This document shows positions 20,301 through 27,829 of a stretch of 53,123 bases of DNA, one piece after another (within the stretch, counting starts at the first letter, position 1; each line of letters opens with the position of its first letter). Source of the DNA: a virus. Taxonomy: Duplodnaviria; Caudoviricetes. The stretch lies in IMG/VR virus record IMGVR_UViG_3300032241_000435, positions 1 to 53,123 of that record; one strand, 5' to 3'. A program made the position numbers and the translations under genes. Under the pieces are notes generated by a model. It saw only the letters and a list, made by a program, of their open reading frames with translations, was not told where the DNA came from and did no database searches.

Positions 20301-20690
20301 AGGAACGGTGACCTTGTAATGAAGCCTGACGATATTGGTATGCTTGGTGCTGCATCTCAAATGTTTGGCCTGCCAACAAATGCGATCACTCATCAACAGT
20401 TTGCTCAGAAAGTTAAAGCTGAATACGATCAGCAATATCAGGAAAGGTTGACTGAAATTAAAGGTGAATATGTGAAAGCCTATCGTGCCAATGATTCTAA
20501 AGGTATGTCTAATGCTAGAGAGGAATTTAGGCAGATGGAAGAGTCACGTATGGCTAACGGATACAAACGCCAACCATTGTCTGAGTTGTTAAAAGCACCA
20601 ATGGCGGCAATGAAGCGTGAACGTTCTGTAGTCAATGGGGTAGAATCTACAAAGCAAAATAAACAATTCTTAGCCACGATGGGTGCATGA
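11331..20690 (+). CDS. giant polyvalent ejection protein (HTH, L,D-transpeptidase, metallopeptidase, ART-like, PLxRFG, LPD-type C-terminus)
   Basis: QEDIAKQLGVSKAAV; H...SHGCIN; HEVGAH; WHGT...GSGEGAQAYGWGTY...NLVVF; PLSRYG. Confidence 0.85.
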   Translation: MPILEGFKPVGELSGTTPTIVPNDSNALMSGLSSGTSNLEGLLYDALGAGADAAKLKELKEWANKQAKQKEYESFVASRPELSNIEDQSLGSLPSYAAYQLGQQLPQVGGAMLLGAAIPEAVVPAAVSRLGAVAPDFLSGGALKAGADFATRRAALETGTALGKNAMGLGAFNEVQSIGSLYNSAKENPDEENAGLKSLALSPAHAALETIPEVLLGKVIGGEHGFTGNFIQRGLKAGASQATTGALSELGQGELEMAVGKPLTDEEKFSQRLNSGVAGGLVEGILGGAGGMLRSGKAVPLMKGTNEQLTTSELDQGNGQGGGRQPDTGDSVQQALNDNLDLGSTPTARVQLPTLSATQQGTTDVAQQAAAAEQQQQQAQAIQQQQQAAAQAQADLKARQDQALQTFGVANSVDDTRGNLVGKPILSKSTLSVVANALEKEHSAMPEDQRTIASAIIAANNALATPEKTNPLVSFSFNVADPAKTAASVQNAFKAIANVATKYQIHDATSAEEAAARLDEQSKSAKAGELDKINAIHQALTGKDTSGFIASQQSKGEKNGNKQPQRQVEATPRVGTVPVQGGSAQAANGGGNVGGGNVQPIGAGSVPQEQAGQQTGRAPAEGIRNSPSGDVLGLHNNNAGNGTGQGQINGQATPTSGESTQPSVQTVAKPTVAEGQGARVYDPTISYYATDLSHIKPARREEIRNDLIRAILAPDVERAGVMTLAQRVDMVTMALIDGEPQEDIAKQLGVSKAAVQKQLERLGIIVKPRLTPAQQSEINSIEQRLGIPAGTRNTTKDPFAVSKAITTQLPVEETADLVHRLDGLYKSASKDYGIETPKDGKAFDDMLLDAGEAYRSAEFPDGIGAGEIVYLYSHDKNVTTEQSLADELENGSVSGDRSKLLAEEMRGRGEGNEGQSMGVISQAGGSQGAVGSLNKEFFNRIEKLTNEMEALPPKDPRRTVIEEKIKEEWAKYGKKQAALAEQGELEVNQTEEGEEENAVQEQSANEGNVRKSTRGGKKVGEANAQSEKPARKSEAKTSVKKETVTKYPVTIEGKPATVSIIRMVDDPTKVDAVRIHVNGEKLPSSLGKQGVVSDEQMLKNLTDINVIDEAEPKEVKSDNQLAGEAWDKVAAEYPEAPKWADLTKEQQKTFTDFGPKNWTAQDVQGELVKLAKEKQTQQQVEKQETETKAVEVAEEVLQPHLDKLTEGQTTRLENFYKAKRGSSEFIAKVRDDVVTLANKGAAAINAAIRDIISSLAKGVLAVSVVFNPQFMSAPNFVLHPTKTITTTTVRQIKASIPRGAESLSESGKTAFATLFPALQDDLKANNKFFVLADKPTSTVFVFNPNGTLFAKSKVLLGKAYGDFYVGSTDFVKNRITPAGLFKINAEKGSEVYDGKTIYTIGNVKEGWTAAIFHTVYTKEADGPARVNALTKEGAGDSRYSHGCINGNPEFMNKLANSGMMNEAHMFVVPDNAKLLDSFIANKVSNEDLTRETIEPKTVTETKTTTVPNATSVATNQIVGKEENVFKPTKNLKFGENTTKGVKNPYSVAELTDEIKTFIRADILGRKLKIVENVQQLLLSPDREEQIVGAAMGVNGAYGVATNGTAYLIANRIEKGTGRAKFMHEVGAHLGLEKLLPTAIYNKLTEQIASWAKSDNGSVESTLAVKAAERVMNANTPKEDQRSELLAYFIEEAMQAGIDPTAAGKESAALSSWFRTLWAAFKNAVRKLGFKESNLTAQDVVNLAFGAARLEITGTWHGTAASFRKFNHKFMGSGEGAQAYGWGTYLAQRVGIAHGYWKADVQRKTSPVEVLYNGKDIDHIATDLFFKSNLTKDEKALLNIVTELSLQAGVGNTDSIRTVHLNLAKKLNKTAEEKYASEWLDKHYSDFSTKSTAPLGSLFRVDVGVGQNDLLDWDEPLSKQPNVLKAIKNNLSSDVINTLEEEYNDDLDNLTGEDFYRGLQALEKRDGLISDQFKDVEDYNKRLGNKGAKQIVSTYLDEIAKVPGIKFLDAMSRGAGPEKKLVFHGVKYTSDELRHLVKEAREGKGTLTLDQVTNLRHVLHVGINAALEEYKKKIQRTIDSSVQIYKESSERFKVPYNEAEALARAKAIAEKTYEAQQLKWLEDNLKNIDVISKEKVRTKNLVVFNDKNIQRVGSEVAADRQRMKFGIDQATVDKNINKLPPRIQKPTRVITDSLFKQVISKMGAAKNLILKSAITEDVVKYAQKYMRSADKYLAAQYARQAMVNKFNNKVDKILTAYEKLDKAIQGEGAGSVNEFIADSVLSGKWGYYPGSKFVGTKLFEVDPDMEKRFKAFEKYEGAQELIKSVFEHGHDVLMSKQSAATKAVDAEFAERERQAFFDPDILDQLRAEKKAAIAKISLGDPTVPYAPLSRYGDYVVIAKSAEYQAYEDMLSGERGMATGNNDIVGDANRARIWMDENQSNSTHYVVQFAETLGEANKIAQDLGATGLYDNVQSGEKETQASYAGGSDIHLAVTRLRNLFKRSTENKSTPEAKALDKMIGDLYLLATAENSARKSEIERKKISGFDKNMMRNLATSGKANAHFLASMEHNDAINEAIDEMRQQAKANRAEAMPYFNELMERNSASMNYKSPSIIAKSLNQANHIYSLTFSPAFYLQQMVQTAAISLPYLAGRLGYTNAAKHIGRAYQDVSKIKNALDFKNVNDHLDFSKAPADVRAMLDRLVGMGKIDIGMDSEFKAKGYDQTLFDKVMYKMQGITNRIETVNRSVAAIAAYRGYLERYGMDKVEGATQYAADVVSDTHGSYDGFNTPRVLQSTFGKVALQFRRFQIIQLSMMAKMIHTAFIENSASKEEKLVAKKTLAFICAQMAVVAGGLGVPFVSQLAFLILKMFGSPDEPDDVEYKLRKLIGDPVAAELLLRGVSGAVGWESFGKKISMENVASPFGGYVVPDLTNRKGVEKTALAILGPSLSLTEKLADAFQYTAQGNYYKGLEAALPNGLSNSLKGARYLTEGMTMRNGDLVMKPDDIGMLGAASQMFGLPTNAITHQQFAQKVKAEYDQQYQERLTEIKGEYVKAYRANDSKGMSNAREEFRQMEESRMANGYKRQPLSELLKAPMAAMKRERSVVNGVESTKQNKQFLATMGA
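13006..13275 (+). CDS. nested +1-frame ORF (89 aa) within giant gene
   Basis: AAGGAGAGAAAA-ATG; METNNPNVKWKQLPGWEQYQ... Confidence 0.5.
   Translation: METNNPNVKWKQLPGWEQYQSKEDQLKQQMEEGMWGAETFNPSEQEVSLKNRLDSKLDEHQQKEYGIAPVEMCSDCTITMLGMGLGRGR
13276..13452 (+). CDS. nested +1-frame ORF (58 aa) abutting the previous one
   Basis: TAA-ATG junction; MDKRPQHLVSPHNPAFKPWLSQLWQKAKERE... Confidence 0.4.
   Translation: MDKRPQHLVSPHNPAFKPWLSQLWQKAKERESMTQQSPTTQQTLATSNQPDEKKSEMI
14320..14463 (+). CDS. nested +1-frame basic microprotein, MPFKSKAQ-type (47 aa)
   Basis: AAGGTGAGGAAGAAA-ATG; MPFKSKAQMREMFANQPEVAKKWAKLTPNPKNLPEKVKPKPASKKKP. Confidence 0.72.
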   Translation: MPFKSKAQMREMFANQPEVAKKWAKLTPNPKNLPEKVKPKPASKKKP

Positions 20691-20935
20691 TGGAAACAGA
20701 AATCGAAACAGCACGTGAACTAGCCACTCATGCCGCAGATATCAAACATCTGCAAGATGATATGGATAAATTAATGTCCGATATGGAAGACATTAAGAAG
20801 TCCCTTCAGGCGATTAGCACTACTTTATCTGAGGCCAAGGGTGGGTGGAAGATGCTAATGTTGATTGGTGGAGCTAGCGGAACTGTTGGCGCAGTAATTA
20901 TGCAAATCATTCATAGCATTCCTTCTTGGAAATAA
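20687..20935 (+). CDS. small coiled-coil plus TM protein (holin-like)
   Basis: Coiled coil then AKGGWK and hydrophobic helix; ATGA overlap. Confidence 0.7.
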   Translation: MMETEIETARELATHAADIKHLQDDMDKLMSDMEDIKKSLQAISTTLSEAKGGWKMLMLIGGASGTVGAVIMQIIHSIPSWK

Positions 20936-20966
20936 AAAATCCCCCAACACCGTGAAGCGTTGGGGG
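20934..20966 (-). terminator. intrinsic terminator between convergent operons
   Basis: CCCCCAAC/GTTGGGGG stem, T-tract on minus strand. Confidence 0.75.
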
Positions 20967-20997
20967 CAACCCTCTAAGGAAAAACCAACTATGGCAA

Positions 20998-23961
20998 CTA
21001 ACCGTGTGATGCTACCATAATCTCTTTCACATTGCTAGTTATCGGGCCACTGGTTTTTTCGACAGCTCCTTCCATGGCTGAATAATCCAACACGATGCAA
21101 GCACAACTACCTGTTGAGTGAGCTGTACCTCTACCCATATTGAATTTATCTGACCATGGCACGATCCATTTTTGACTCTGCGCATACTCCATTAGAACTT
21201 TTGGTTCTGTTCTATTCTTAGAGCACCAATCAATAAATTCTTTTTTCGCAATAAATAACTTACCGACATACTTACTATCGGTATACGTATTACTACCTAG
21301 AACTCGTCTACCTGCAACGGTTCCCATGGGGCGAGAGACTGAATCTTCAGGGCCACGTGCATCGGTTCTCAAATCTCTGTACTCGTACGTCACAATTACT
21401 CGCTGAGACAACTCTCGAATCATTCTGCTTATGGCATCGTTCGGGTTGGTCATGTTGTTAGTTGTCACTGTGTTTGTTAGATCAGTCAACATCCTAGCGG
21501 TAAAGTTTACCAAGACTTCATAGTTAAAATCCACAATACCTAAGTCGATAAGTATTCTTGCGGCTGATAGCGTACAAGCGGCATGGCTTCTAAAGAATCG
21601 ATACTCTGACTCGGGCAACATGACTGACAATTTGTTTTCAGTCTTTGCATACAAGTCTGCCACTTCCTTTTGGTGTGTCACGATATAACGCACAAAGATA
21701 TCACCAGCATTGCCCATGTTTTCACGCATCACATCGATGGCATCTGACACAGTTTTTGATGGATCAATGATAGGTACATTATATTTTGCAAAGTTGATTC
21801 CGATCATACGAACGGCTTCAGCTTGAGTATTGGAGTTATGAGAAGATAGCTTAGAGTGCATATCTTCGTTGGCTGTTACACCCACAACTGCTTTCCATGA
21901 ATGCTGTTCAGCAAATCCAACACGACCACCTTGGGATGTCAACCTAGCTCTGTCTGTACCTTGGGATACAGTGTACGCAAACGTAGACAACTCTGCGGCA
22001 TCCATATCGGTCATCTCATCAAACACCACTGGAATGTTTTTGTGAACTCCAACGATAGCCCAACGAGCGTTCCTTGTGGCTCCATCCTTACCTGCATAGA
22101 TCAACTTGTTGGCATCGGCTAGACCGTACAATGCGGCTCGCCACACAGATGTTTTACCCTTACCTGAATCTCCGCTATTGATAGATACCAAGGCTCCGTT
22201 GTAGCTGTCCTCGCCAAATGGTGTGAGCAATGATCCGTAGACATTACAGAATACATACTGAGCTGCTTCGCTGTTCCCTCTGTTGTAGATAAAGTTTACA
22301 GCTTTGGAATACTCAGCAAGTGTTCCACGAGGTATAGGATAAGAAGCTCTGTGATCTGCCGCACCGCCTCCAATGAAGACTTTGCGAACTGATCCATCGG
22401 TGTGATAAAGCCTGTCACCTAGGAGAAACCCTGACATATCGTCTCGCCATCCAAATGAGGTTAGCGTATCAGTTTCTCTCTGCTCCGCCATCAACTTATG
22501 AACGGAGTCACGTATATATGCAGTCATGTGCATAGTAGCGTCCTTGTTATTAGTTGGCATTAACTCGTACTTTGAGAGGGCTTTGAGCATATCGCTTGAG
22601 CTTGCGAGGCTCGAGGTGTCGACTTCAAAATCCCTAACCCGTTTGTCGGGTAAGTGCATTCTGATGGTAAACGCAAATGACCCATCGCTTTTACGAATCC
22701 GCTGTATGGGGTAGAAAAGCGAAAGACTAAAGGAGTATGGTTGGTTGATTCCATCTTTGTCCTTAATGTAACGAATCATTCTTGCGTTGTACTCGTAGCC
22801 TTCGGGCAATGGAGGAACTGTCGTTTCGACTTCTTCCGCTTCCTCAGTAACCACTTTGACAATTTCTTCTTGTGGCTCAGGTACGATACGACCCAACAGA
22901 ATTGGAGACTTTACTTTCCCATCGTTAACACAACCTGCACATCCGTCAGGATTACATTTCTTAAAGAACTCGCAAGTTGCTGGGCCTGTATCCCATGTCT
23001 CATACCTAGTTAAAGTATCAGTTTGTGAATGGCCTGTTGCAGCCCTTTGTGAACTCCACTCAACTGCTGTATCATAGCCTTCAACACAATGTTTAATTAT
23101 TCCAATTACACCACGCCATGTATCATAATCAACATCTCCTTTGGTGTCTCGCATCTTCCCAACTTGTTGGCAATGGTTGGCTACTTCGGCGGCAGAGCAC
23201 TCTATACTCGGCCCTATATGGGCTAGCAGATCATCGTTTAAACCAGACGACTGATAAGAGTTTGGTGAATGGATCGGAGCGCCATATTTCTCGACTAGCT
23301 TATTCAGTGCTGTTAGAAAATCTTTCGGATCGACAGCATTAGATTCTTTGAGAACCTTGACTTCTTTCTCAGGACGATTAGCTTTTCTGTTAGTACTTCC
23401 AACAGGGCGCAGGATAGAAGATAAGTCAGCAGTGCGGGTAGGATCAACCAATAGCCCAGCACTTTGAAAAACCGATTTAAGCACATTAGCCATTTGTCTC
23501 CAGCTCTTTGGGCCGATAGACTTAGTGAGAGGCCAATAGCAATGTACACCACCGCCACTATCGACAAGCATGGGTGCAGGAAACTGATTTGCATGACAGA
23601 ATCGTAGTATGGCTTTAGCGGCATCTGTCTTTGTAAGGTAGCCCTTACCCTCATCGTGTTTAGATTGACCGCAATCAATGTCAGCCCAAAAGGATTTAGC
23701 CTTATCCCAATTAGGCTCTCCACGGTATTTGGTTTTTGTATTACCTTCGACCGTTGTTTCGTAGCTTGGTGCTTTGTATGCACAGCAAGCATGGTAGACA
23801 GTTAAATTAGGTTGAGCATTGTAGGATGTAATAGCTTTAGCCATTAACTCAAGGGACTCATAAGCTTTGTGGGCTATCCCTGTATGTCCTGCTCTGCTCA
23901 ACCCAACAAACTTAAAGCCCTCCTCGGGCAATATAGTTTGAAGAAAGGTTAACGTATCCAT
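20998..23961 (-). CDS. primase-helicase (AEP-type N-terminus, PriCT-like region, DUF927 helicase)
   Basis: FWADIDCG, VDSGGGVHCYW, ILRPVGSTN, Cys cluster, Walker A GDSGKGKT, Walker B VVFDE. Confidence 0.88.
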   Translation of the reverse strand: MDTLTFLQTILPEEGFKFVGLSRAGHTGIAHKAYESLELMAKAITSYNAQPNLTVYHACCAYKAPSYETTVEGNTKTKYRGEPNWDKAKSFWADIDCGQSKHDEGKGYLTKTDAAKAILRFCHANQFPAPMLVDSGGGVHCYWPLTKSIGPKSWRQMANVLKSVFQSAGLLVDPTRTADLSSILRPVGSTNRKANRPEKEVKVLKESNAVDPKDFLTALNKLVEKYGAPIHSPNSYQSSGLNDDLLAHIGPSIECSAAEVANHCQQVGKMRDTKGDVDYDTWRGVIGIIKHCVEGYDTAVEWSSQRAATGHSQTDTLTRYETWDTGPATCEFFKKCNPDGCAGCVNDGKVKSPILLGRIVPEPQEEIVKVVTEEAEEVETTVPPLPEGYEYNARMIRYIKDKDGINQPYSFSLSLFYPIQRIRKSDGSFAFTIRMHLPDKRVRDFEVDTSSLASSSDMLKALSKYELMPTNNKDATMHMTAYIRDSVHKLMAEQRETDTLTSFGWRDDMSGFLLGDRLYHTDGSVRKVFIGGGAADHRASYPIPRGTLAEYSKAVNFIYNRGNSEAAQYVFCNVYGSLLTPFGEDSYNGALVSINSGDSGKGKTSVWRAALYGLADANKLIYAGKDGATRNARWAIVGVHKNIPVVFDEMTDMDAAELSTFAYTVSQGTDRARLTSQGGRVGFAEQHSWKAVVGVTANEDMHSKLSSHNSNTQAEAVRMIGINFAKYNVPIIDPSKTVSDAIDVMRENMGNAGDIFVRYIVTHQKEVADLYAKTENKLSVMLPESEYRFFRSHAACTLSAARILIDLGIVDFNYEVLVNFTARMLTDLTNTVTTNNMTNPNDAISRMIRELSQRVIVTYEYRDLRTDARGPEDSVSRPMGTVAGRRVLGSNTYTDSKYVGKLFIAKKEFIDWCSKNRTEPKVLMEYAQSQKWIVPWSDKFNMGRGTAHSTGSCACIVLDYSAMEGAVEKTSGPITSNVKEIMVASHG

Positions 23962-24212
23962 TACGCTCTCGCAATGATACTCTTTCCAGTTGCATGAGAA
24001 CCGATTGTGATCGTCTTCTCAATGTGGGCCAAACAAACTTTCATCATATCTCCAGCTTGAATGGAAGTGTCGCATGACTCAACGATCACACGGCCTATAA
24101 GTTCTGAGAGTCCAAGGATAACTTCTCCATGATTGAATCCTTTATCATTGAGTGCGAGATTCGCTTCGATAACTACACCTGCAACTTTACTTGCATCTAT
24201 TTGGTATGACAT
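23961..24212 (-). CDS. hypothetical protein (83 aa)
   Basis: AAGGA RBS before ATG 24212 (MSYQIDASK); TAATG coupling to primase. Confidence 0.75.
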   Translation of the reverse strand: MSYQIDASKVAGVVIEANLALNDKGFNHGEVILGLSELIGRVIVESCDTSIQAGDMMKVCLAHIEKTITIGSHATGKSIIARA

Positions 24213-24227
24213 GGTATTCCTTAAAAA

Positions 24228-24305
24228 TGGTGGGGGCCCCATAAAGCAGGGTTGGGGTGGCGACTTATCCTTCATCCCCTCGGAGCTAAACCGATGCAAT
24301 CCCCC
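24228..24305 (-). ncRNA. tRNA-like cloverleaf RNA ending in CCA (non-canonical)
   Basis: 78 nt, GGGGG...CCCCC-A-CCA with three internal stems; lacks TTCGA. Confidence 0.45.
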
Positions 24306-24313
24306 GAAACTAA

Positions 24314-25228
24314 TTAATCATCGAAATTCAAATCGTCAAGATTCAAATCAGGGATGGACACTTCGACTTCCTTTGGCTCAGGCTTGGGCTCGGCTTTTGG
24401 CTTTGCTTTGGGCTTATCTGCCACGGTTTTAGGTTTTTCATCCTCAGTCTTCTTTACAGTGACCGCAGGTAGATCAGGCTCATTATCGACAGCTTCGGTG
24501 GGTACGAATGCTTGACCGAGAATCTGAGCTACGACATCAGAGTTTACAACTTCTTGGACTTGTTTGTAAGACTCATCGTCCAACAATCCTACAGCCTTAA
24601 ATGTTAACTTTGGTGTTGCTTCTTCCATGACGAAACCAATTTTGGTAAGAACCATGTTATAAGCCAAACGCTTACCGCCACGCTTTTCTAGGACTTTCCC
24701 TAGTTCACCCAATGCACGAATAGATGCAGGAGGGATACGAATCAAGTATGGGTCATTGATACGGTCAGGAGTAGCCACAGCCATGCGAACTGAGTCTTGG
24801 CAAGCCTTACCCTTGCTACCTTGCTCGCTGATCTTGGAACCCCATTGGTTGTTAGGGCATACAGCACAAGACTTAGATACTGGCTCATCAACTTGCGCAT
24901 CGGGTTTGATGCCATCGTTACTGAAACAATCAGGCTTGAGATTCTCTGCACCTTCTGTATAGCCTTTGGCATACCAAACTTTAGATGTACCCTTGTTCAC
25001 CTTGAGCATAACAACTTCAATAGAGGTTGCCGCACTGTCAGGGTCTTTGGGATTAGGTAAAACTGTACGCTCGCCATCTCTAACAATCGTAAAGATTTTG
25101 CCTTTGATACTAATGACTGGGAAACCACCACCAGCGTGAGCTGTTAAGTCATTGTTTAAGTCTGTCGCTTCTGCTGTTTTTAAATACGCAGGTAAATTTT
25201 CGCCATCGAAAGGGATGATATTACTCAT
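24314..25228 (-). CDS. single-stranded DNA-binding protein (Cys-containing type)
   Basis: CFSNDG, CAVCP.NQWGS, GKGKAC; acidic/aromatic tail DLNLDDLNFDD. Confidence 0.7.
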   Translation of the reverse strand: MSNIIPFDGENLPAYLKTAEATDLNNDLTAHAGGGFPVISIKGKIFTIVRDGERTVLPNPKDPDSAATSIEVVMLKVNKGTSKVWYAKGYTEGAENLKPDCFSNDGIKPDAQVDEPVSKSCAVCPNNQWGSKISEQGSKGKACQDSVRMAVATPDRINDPYLIRIPPASIRALGELGKVLEKRGGKRLAYNMVLTKIGFVMEEATPKLTFKAVGLLDDESYKQVQEVVNSDVVAQILGQAFVPTEAVDNEPDLPAVTVKKTEDEKPKTVADKPKAKPKAEPKPEPKEVEVSIPDLNLDDLNFDD

Positions 25229-25252
25229 CGTTTTTTCTCCAAGAAGGGTTAG

Positions 25253-25636
25253 TTAAGACGAACGGCGAATGTTTACCACTCGCTCTGATCGCCATGAAAT
25301 TCCAGGGGGTAGGTCGTCATTTTCCGCTTTGAATTGTTCTACCCCTGTTTTAGAACAACGGATTTCCATCAACTGCCAATCTCCATTTGTTTTCACAAAT
25401 TGGAAGAAAGCGTCTTTGTCAGCCACAGATGCGGTTGATCTTGTAGAAGTGTATGCAGTACCAAATTCAGTTTTGATCGAGTCCATGCCCGCAGAATCGA
25501 AAGTCTGCAACAAACTCGCTTCAATCTTTTCTAGCACTACATCCAACTTCGCAACTTTCGCTTCGTATTCTTTTTTGAATTCCGATTTTTTATCTCTTAA
25601 CTCAATGTACTTTTGTACAAGTTCCGATAGTTTCAT
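25253..25636 (-). CDS. Gp157/Gam-like coiled-coil protein
   Basis: N-terminal coiled coil, SIKTEFGT, LPPGISW; AGGAG RBS. Confidence 0.6.
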   Translation of the reverse strand: MKLSELVQKYIELRDKKSEFKKEYEAKVAKLDVVLEKIEASLLQTFDSAGMDSIKTEFGTAYTSTRSTASVADKDAFFQFVKTNGDWQLMEIRCSKTGVEQFKAENDDLPPGISWRSERVVNIRRSS

Positions 25637-25696
25637 TTTTGTTTTCTCCTAGAGGGGGGATAAGGTTAACAGAAAAATTATATTTGTGCACAGTAT

Positions 25697-27259
25697 TTAT
25701 ACTAATTCTTCGCCCTTCATGATCTCAAGCAAAGAACCTTGTAACTTTTGTTTCTTTTGTAACCGTGAATAAATTTTTCGTTCTATGTCGCTCGCAGCGA
25801 TATGGACAATCACAGTGGTGCGAGTCTGTCCTGGCCTTCGTACACGAGCACAAGCTTGTTCGTATACATCGTTACTATGTATTGGTGCGTACCATACAAT
25901 AGTTGTTGCGTTAGTTAGTGTCAGCCCATGGCTCATCGTTGCAGGGTTTGCAATGATAACGTGTGGGTCAATTGTTTCTTGAAAGTTACTAAAAATTTCA
26001 TCTCTGTTTGATTTGCTTACTCCTCCGTGAATACACGCAACAGTCCACTCCTTGGATAATTCCGTAGCTAAATGCTCAAGTACTCCAGTGAGTGGGACGA
26101 ATACCAATACCTTACCTTCAGATTCTTCAATGATCTCCCTCAGTACGTCTAGCCTTGGCTTGGATGGAATGTTGATAGACTCTCCGCCTTTACCATAAGC
26201 AACTCCGCAAGCAATTTGTACAAGCTTGTTGGCTTTAACTGCTTCGTTGACTGCAAGGACTTCACCGCCTTCATATTCCATCATGAGCTTTTCCAACATA
26301 GCCTTGTAAGCTGTCTTCTGCTCGGGTGTCATTTGAACATCACGTGATGAAATAATTTGTTCAGGCAAGTCAATACAATCGTCTAATGCAAAACGAACTG
26401 ATGGTTGCATCATTTGCTTTACCACTTCAACTGCGTTGGGTCTTGGAACCCAAACGAATTGTGTGATTTGTTTCATTACCAAGTCTTTAAATTTGGAAAA
26501 ATACTTTGGTACGTCAGGATTTGTTGGGTTGACAATTCTGCATTGCGCCCATGCGTCAGTCGGTTGATGTGGTGTAGGAGCTCCAGTAAGTCCCCAGATT
26601 CTTCTCGGATGTTGCTTGTTACAGATATCGTTGAGTGTCTTCCAACGGTCTGTACTAGCGTTGCGGAACATTGCGATTTCGTCCACGATAATGAGATCGA
26701 TATCATCTCTTGCTCTTAAATCTTCTTGGATGGTTTTAATTCCATCGGTGTTGATAATATAAATGTTCACGTCTTGCGCCAATAGTTTCTTACGGCGCTC
26801 TCGTGTTCCATATAGAACCGCACACTCAAGATGAGGGAAAGTCTTCCACACTTCATCAGCCCATGTACGCTCCATAGTAGATAACGGACAAACGATCAGA
26901 ACCTTCTTGACCATTTTTGCATGACGCATATAGTCATAAGTCCATAGCGATGTCACCGTTTTACCTAAGCCCATAGAGTTAAGGCAGAACGCTCTATCGT
27001 GCATTGATAAGAAGTTAGCCGTATCTATCTGAGCTTGGAATGGTTTGAACCGCCCAGTGAATTTATAGTAGTACGACATGGGATCAGGTGCTTCAAGCCC
27101 CAAGTTGCGTAACACTTTAACTTCGTCAGGACGATGTGGCACAGCCACGTAGTCTATGCCATTGTGATTTATCACTTTGGCAGTAGGCATTACAGTAGTT
27201 ATCCTAGAGGGGTTGCGCAGTTTATATATCAGCGCTTTTTTATCTTGTCGAACGATCAT
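25697..27259 (-). CDS. SNF2-family helicase
   Basis: MGLGKT, IVDE, LTGAP, HGLTLT, QACARVRRPGQ. Confidence 0.92.
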   Translation of the reverse strand: MIVRQDKKALIYKLRNPSRITTVMPTAKVINHNGIDYVAVPHRPDEVKVLRNLGLEAPDPMSYYYKFTGRFKPFQAQIDTANFLSMHDRAFCLNSMGLGKTVTSLWTYDYMRHAKMVKKVLIVCPLSTMERTWADEVWKTFPHLECAVLYGTRERRKKLLAQDVNIYIINTDGIKTIQEDLRARDDIDLIIVDEIAMFRNASTDRWKTLNDICNKQHPRRIWGLTGAPTPHQPTDAWAQCRIVNPTNPDVPKYFSKFKDLVMKQITQFVWVPRPNAVEVVKQMMQPSVRFALDDCIDLPEQIISSRDVQMTPEQKTAYKAMLEKLMMEYEGGEVLAVNEAVKANKLVQIACGVAYGKGGESINIPSKPRLDVLREIIEESEGKVLVFVPLTGVLEHLATELSKEWTVACIHGGVSKSNRDEIFSNFQETIDPHVIIANPATMSHGLTLTNATTIVWYAPIHSNDVYEQACARVRRPGQTRTTVIVHIAASDIERKIYSRLQKKQKLQGSLLEIMKGEELV

Positions 27260-27537
27260 TTTTTAGCGCTTTTGTTGTCGCCCCAAACCTTGCCATGGTC
27301 ATCTCTCCACCCACGATTTTCTTTGGCGGGTATAGCACGCATATTGCTCACTTTATTTTTACCGCCAACGTCTAGCATCTTGATGTGGTCAATGTCTTTA
27401 CCATCGCCTTTCTTTGCTTTGCCAGCCTTAATCATTTCTGCTCGGGCTTTGTTTCGCTCCTCACGTTTCTTGATTTGGTCTGGTCTTGACTCGTACGCTT
27501 TGTCGTACGCTGCTTTAGTAGGCCCGCCTTTGTTCAT
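27256..27537 (-). CDS. small HNH-type nuclease
   Basis: GDGKDIDHIKMLDVGGKNKVSNMRAIPAKENRG. Confidence 0.75.
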   Translation of the reverse strand: MNKGGPTKAAYDKAYESRPDQIKKREERNKARAEMIKAGKAKKGDGKDIDHIKMLDVGGKNKVSNMRAIPAKENRGWRDDHGKVWGDNKSAKK

Positions 27538-27829
27538 CTTTTACTCCTTGTAAAAATGCTCTAACTAATTTTGCATCGTCAACCACGATAACATAGCCAC
27601 CATGGTCTTTGATTTCCTTGATTACACGATCCTGATTTGGTGTCGTATTGTTGATCTTACTTGGTGCTTTCGTTTCTATGGCAAAAAATTTACCATCGAT
27701 ACAACATATAAAATCAGGGATACCCACAACACCAAAACCGTTTTGCATCGGGCAAAAATACCATACATTAAATTCTTTAAGAACTTTCTTGACTTCATCT
27801 TTGACCTTCCCTTCAGGTGTACGTGCCAT
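27515..27829 (-). CDS. VRR-NUC nuclease (resolvase-like)
   Basis: TPEGKVK...GIPDFI...AIETKAP...TPNQ. Confidence 0.88.
   Translation of the reverse strand: MARTPEGKVKDEVKKVLKEFNVWYFCPMQNGFGVVGIPDFICCIDGKFFAIETKAPSKINNTTPNQDRVIKEIKDHGGYVIVVDDAKLVRAFLQGVKDEQRRAY

Noticed and set aside
24228-24305. Canonical tRNA or tmRNA gene
   Set aside because: No T-loop consensus or standard anticodon arm; far too short for tmRNA. Kept only as tRNA-like.
25269-25652. Antisense ORFs such as 25269..25652, 41022..41588, 46291..46749 and those opposite the giant gene
   Set aside because: Shadows of well-supported genes; no RBS or motifs.
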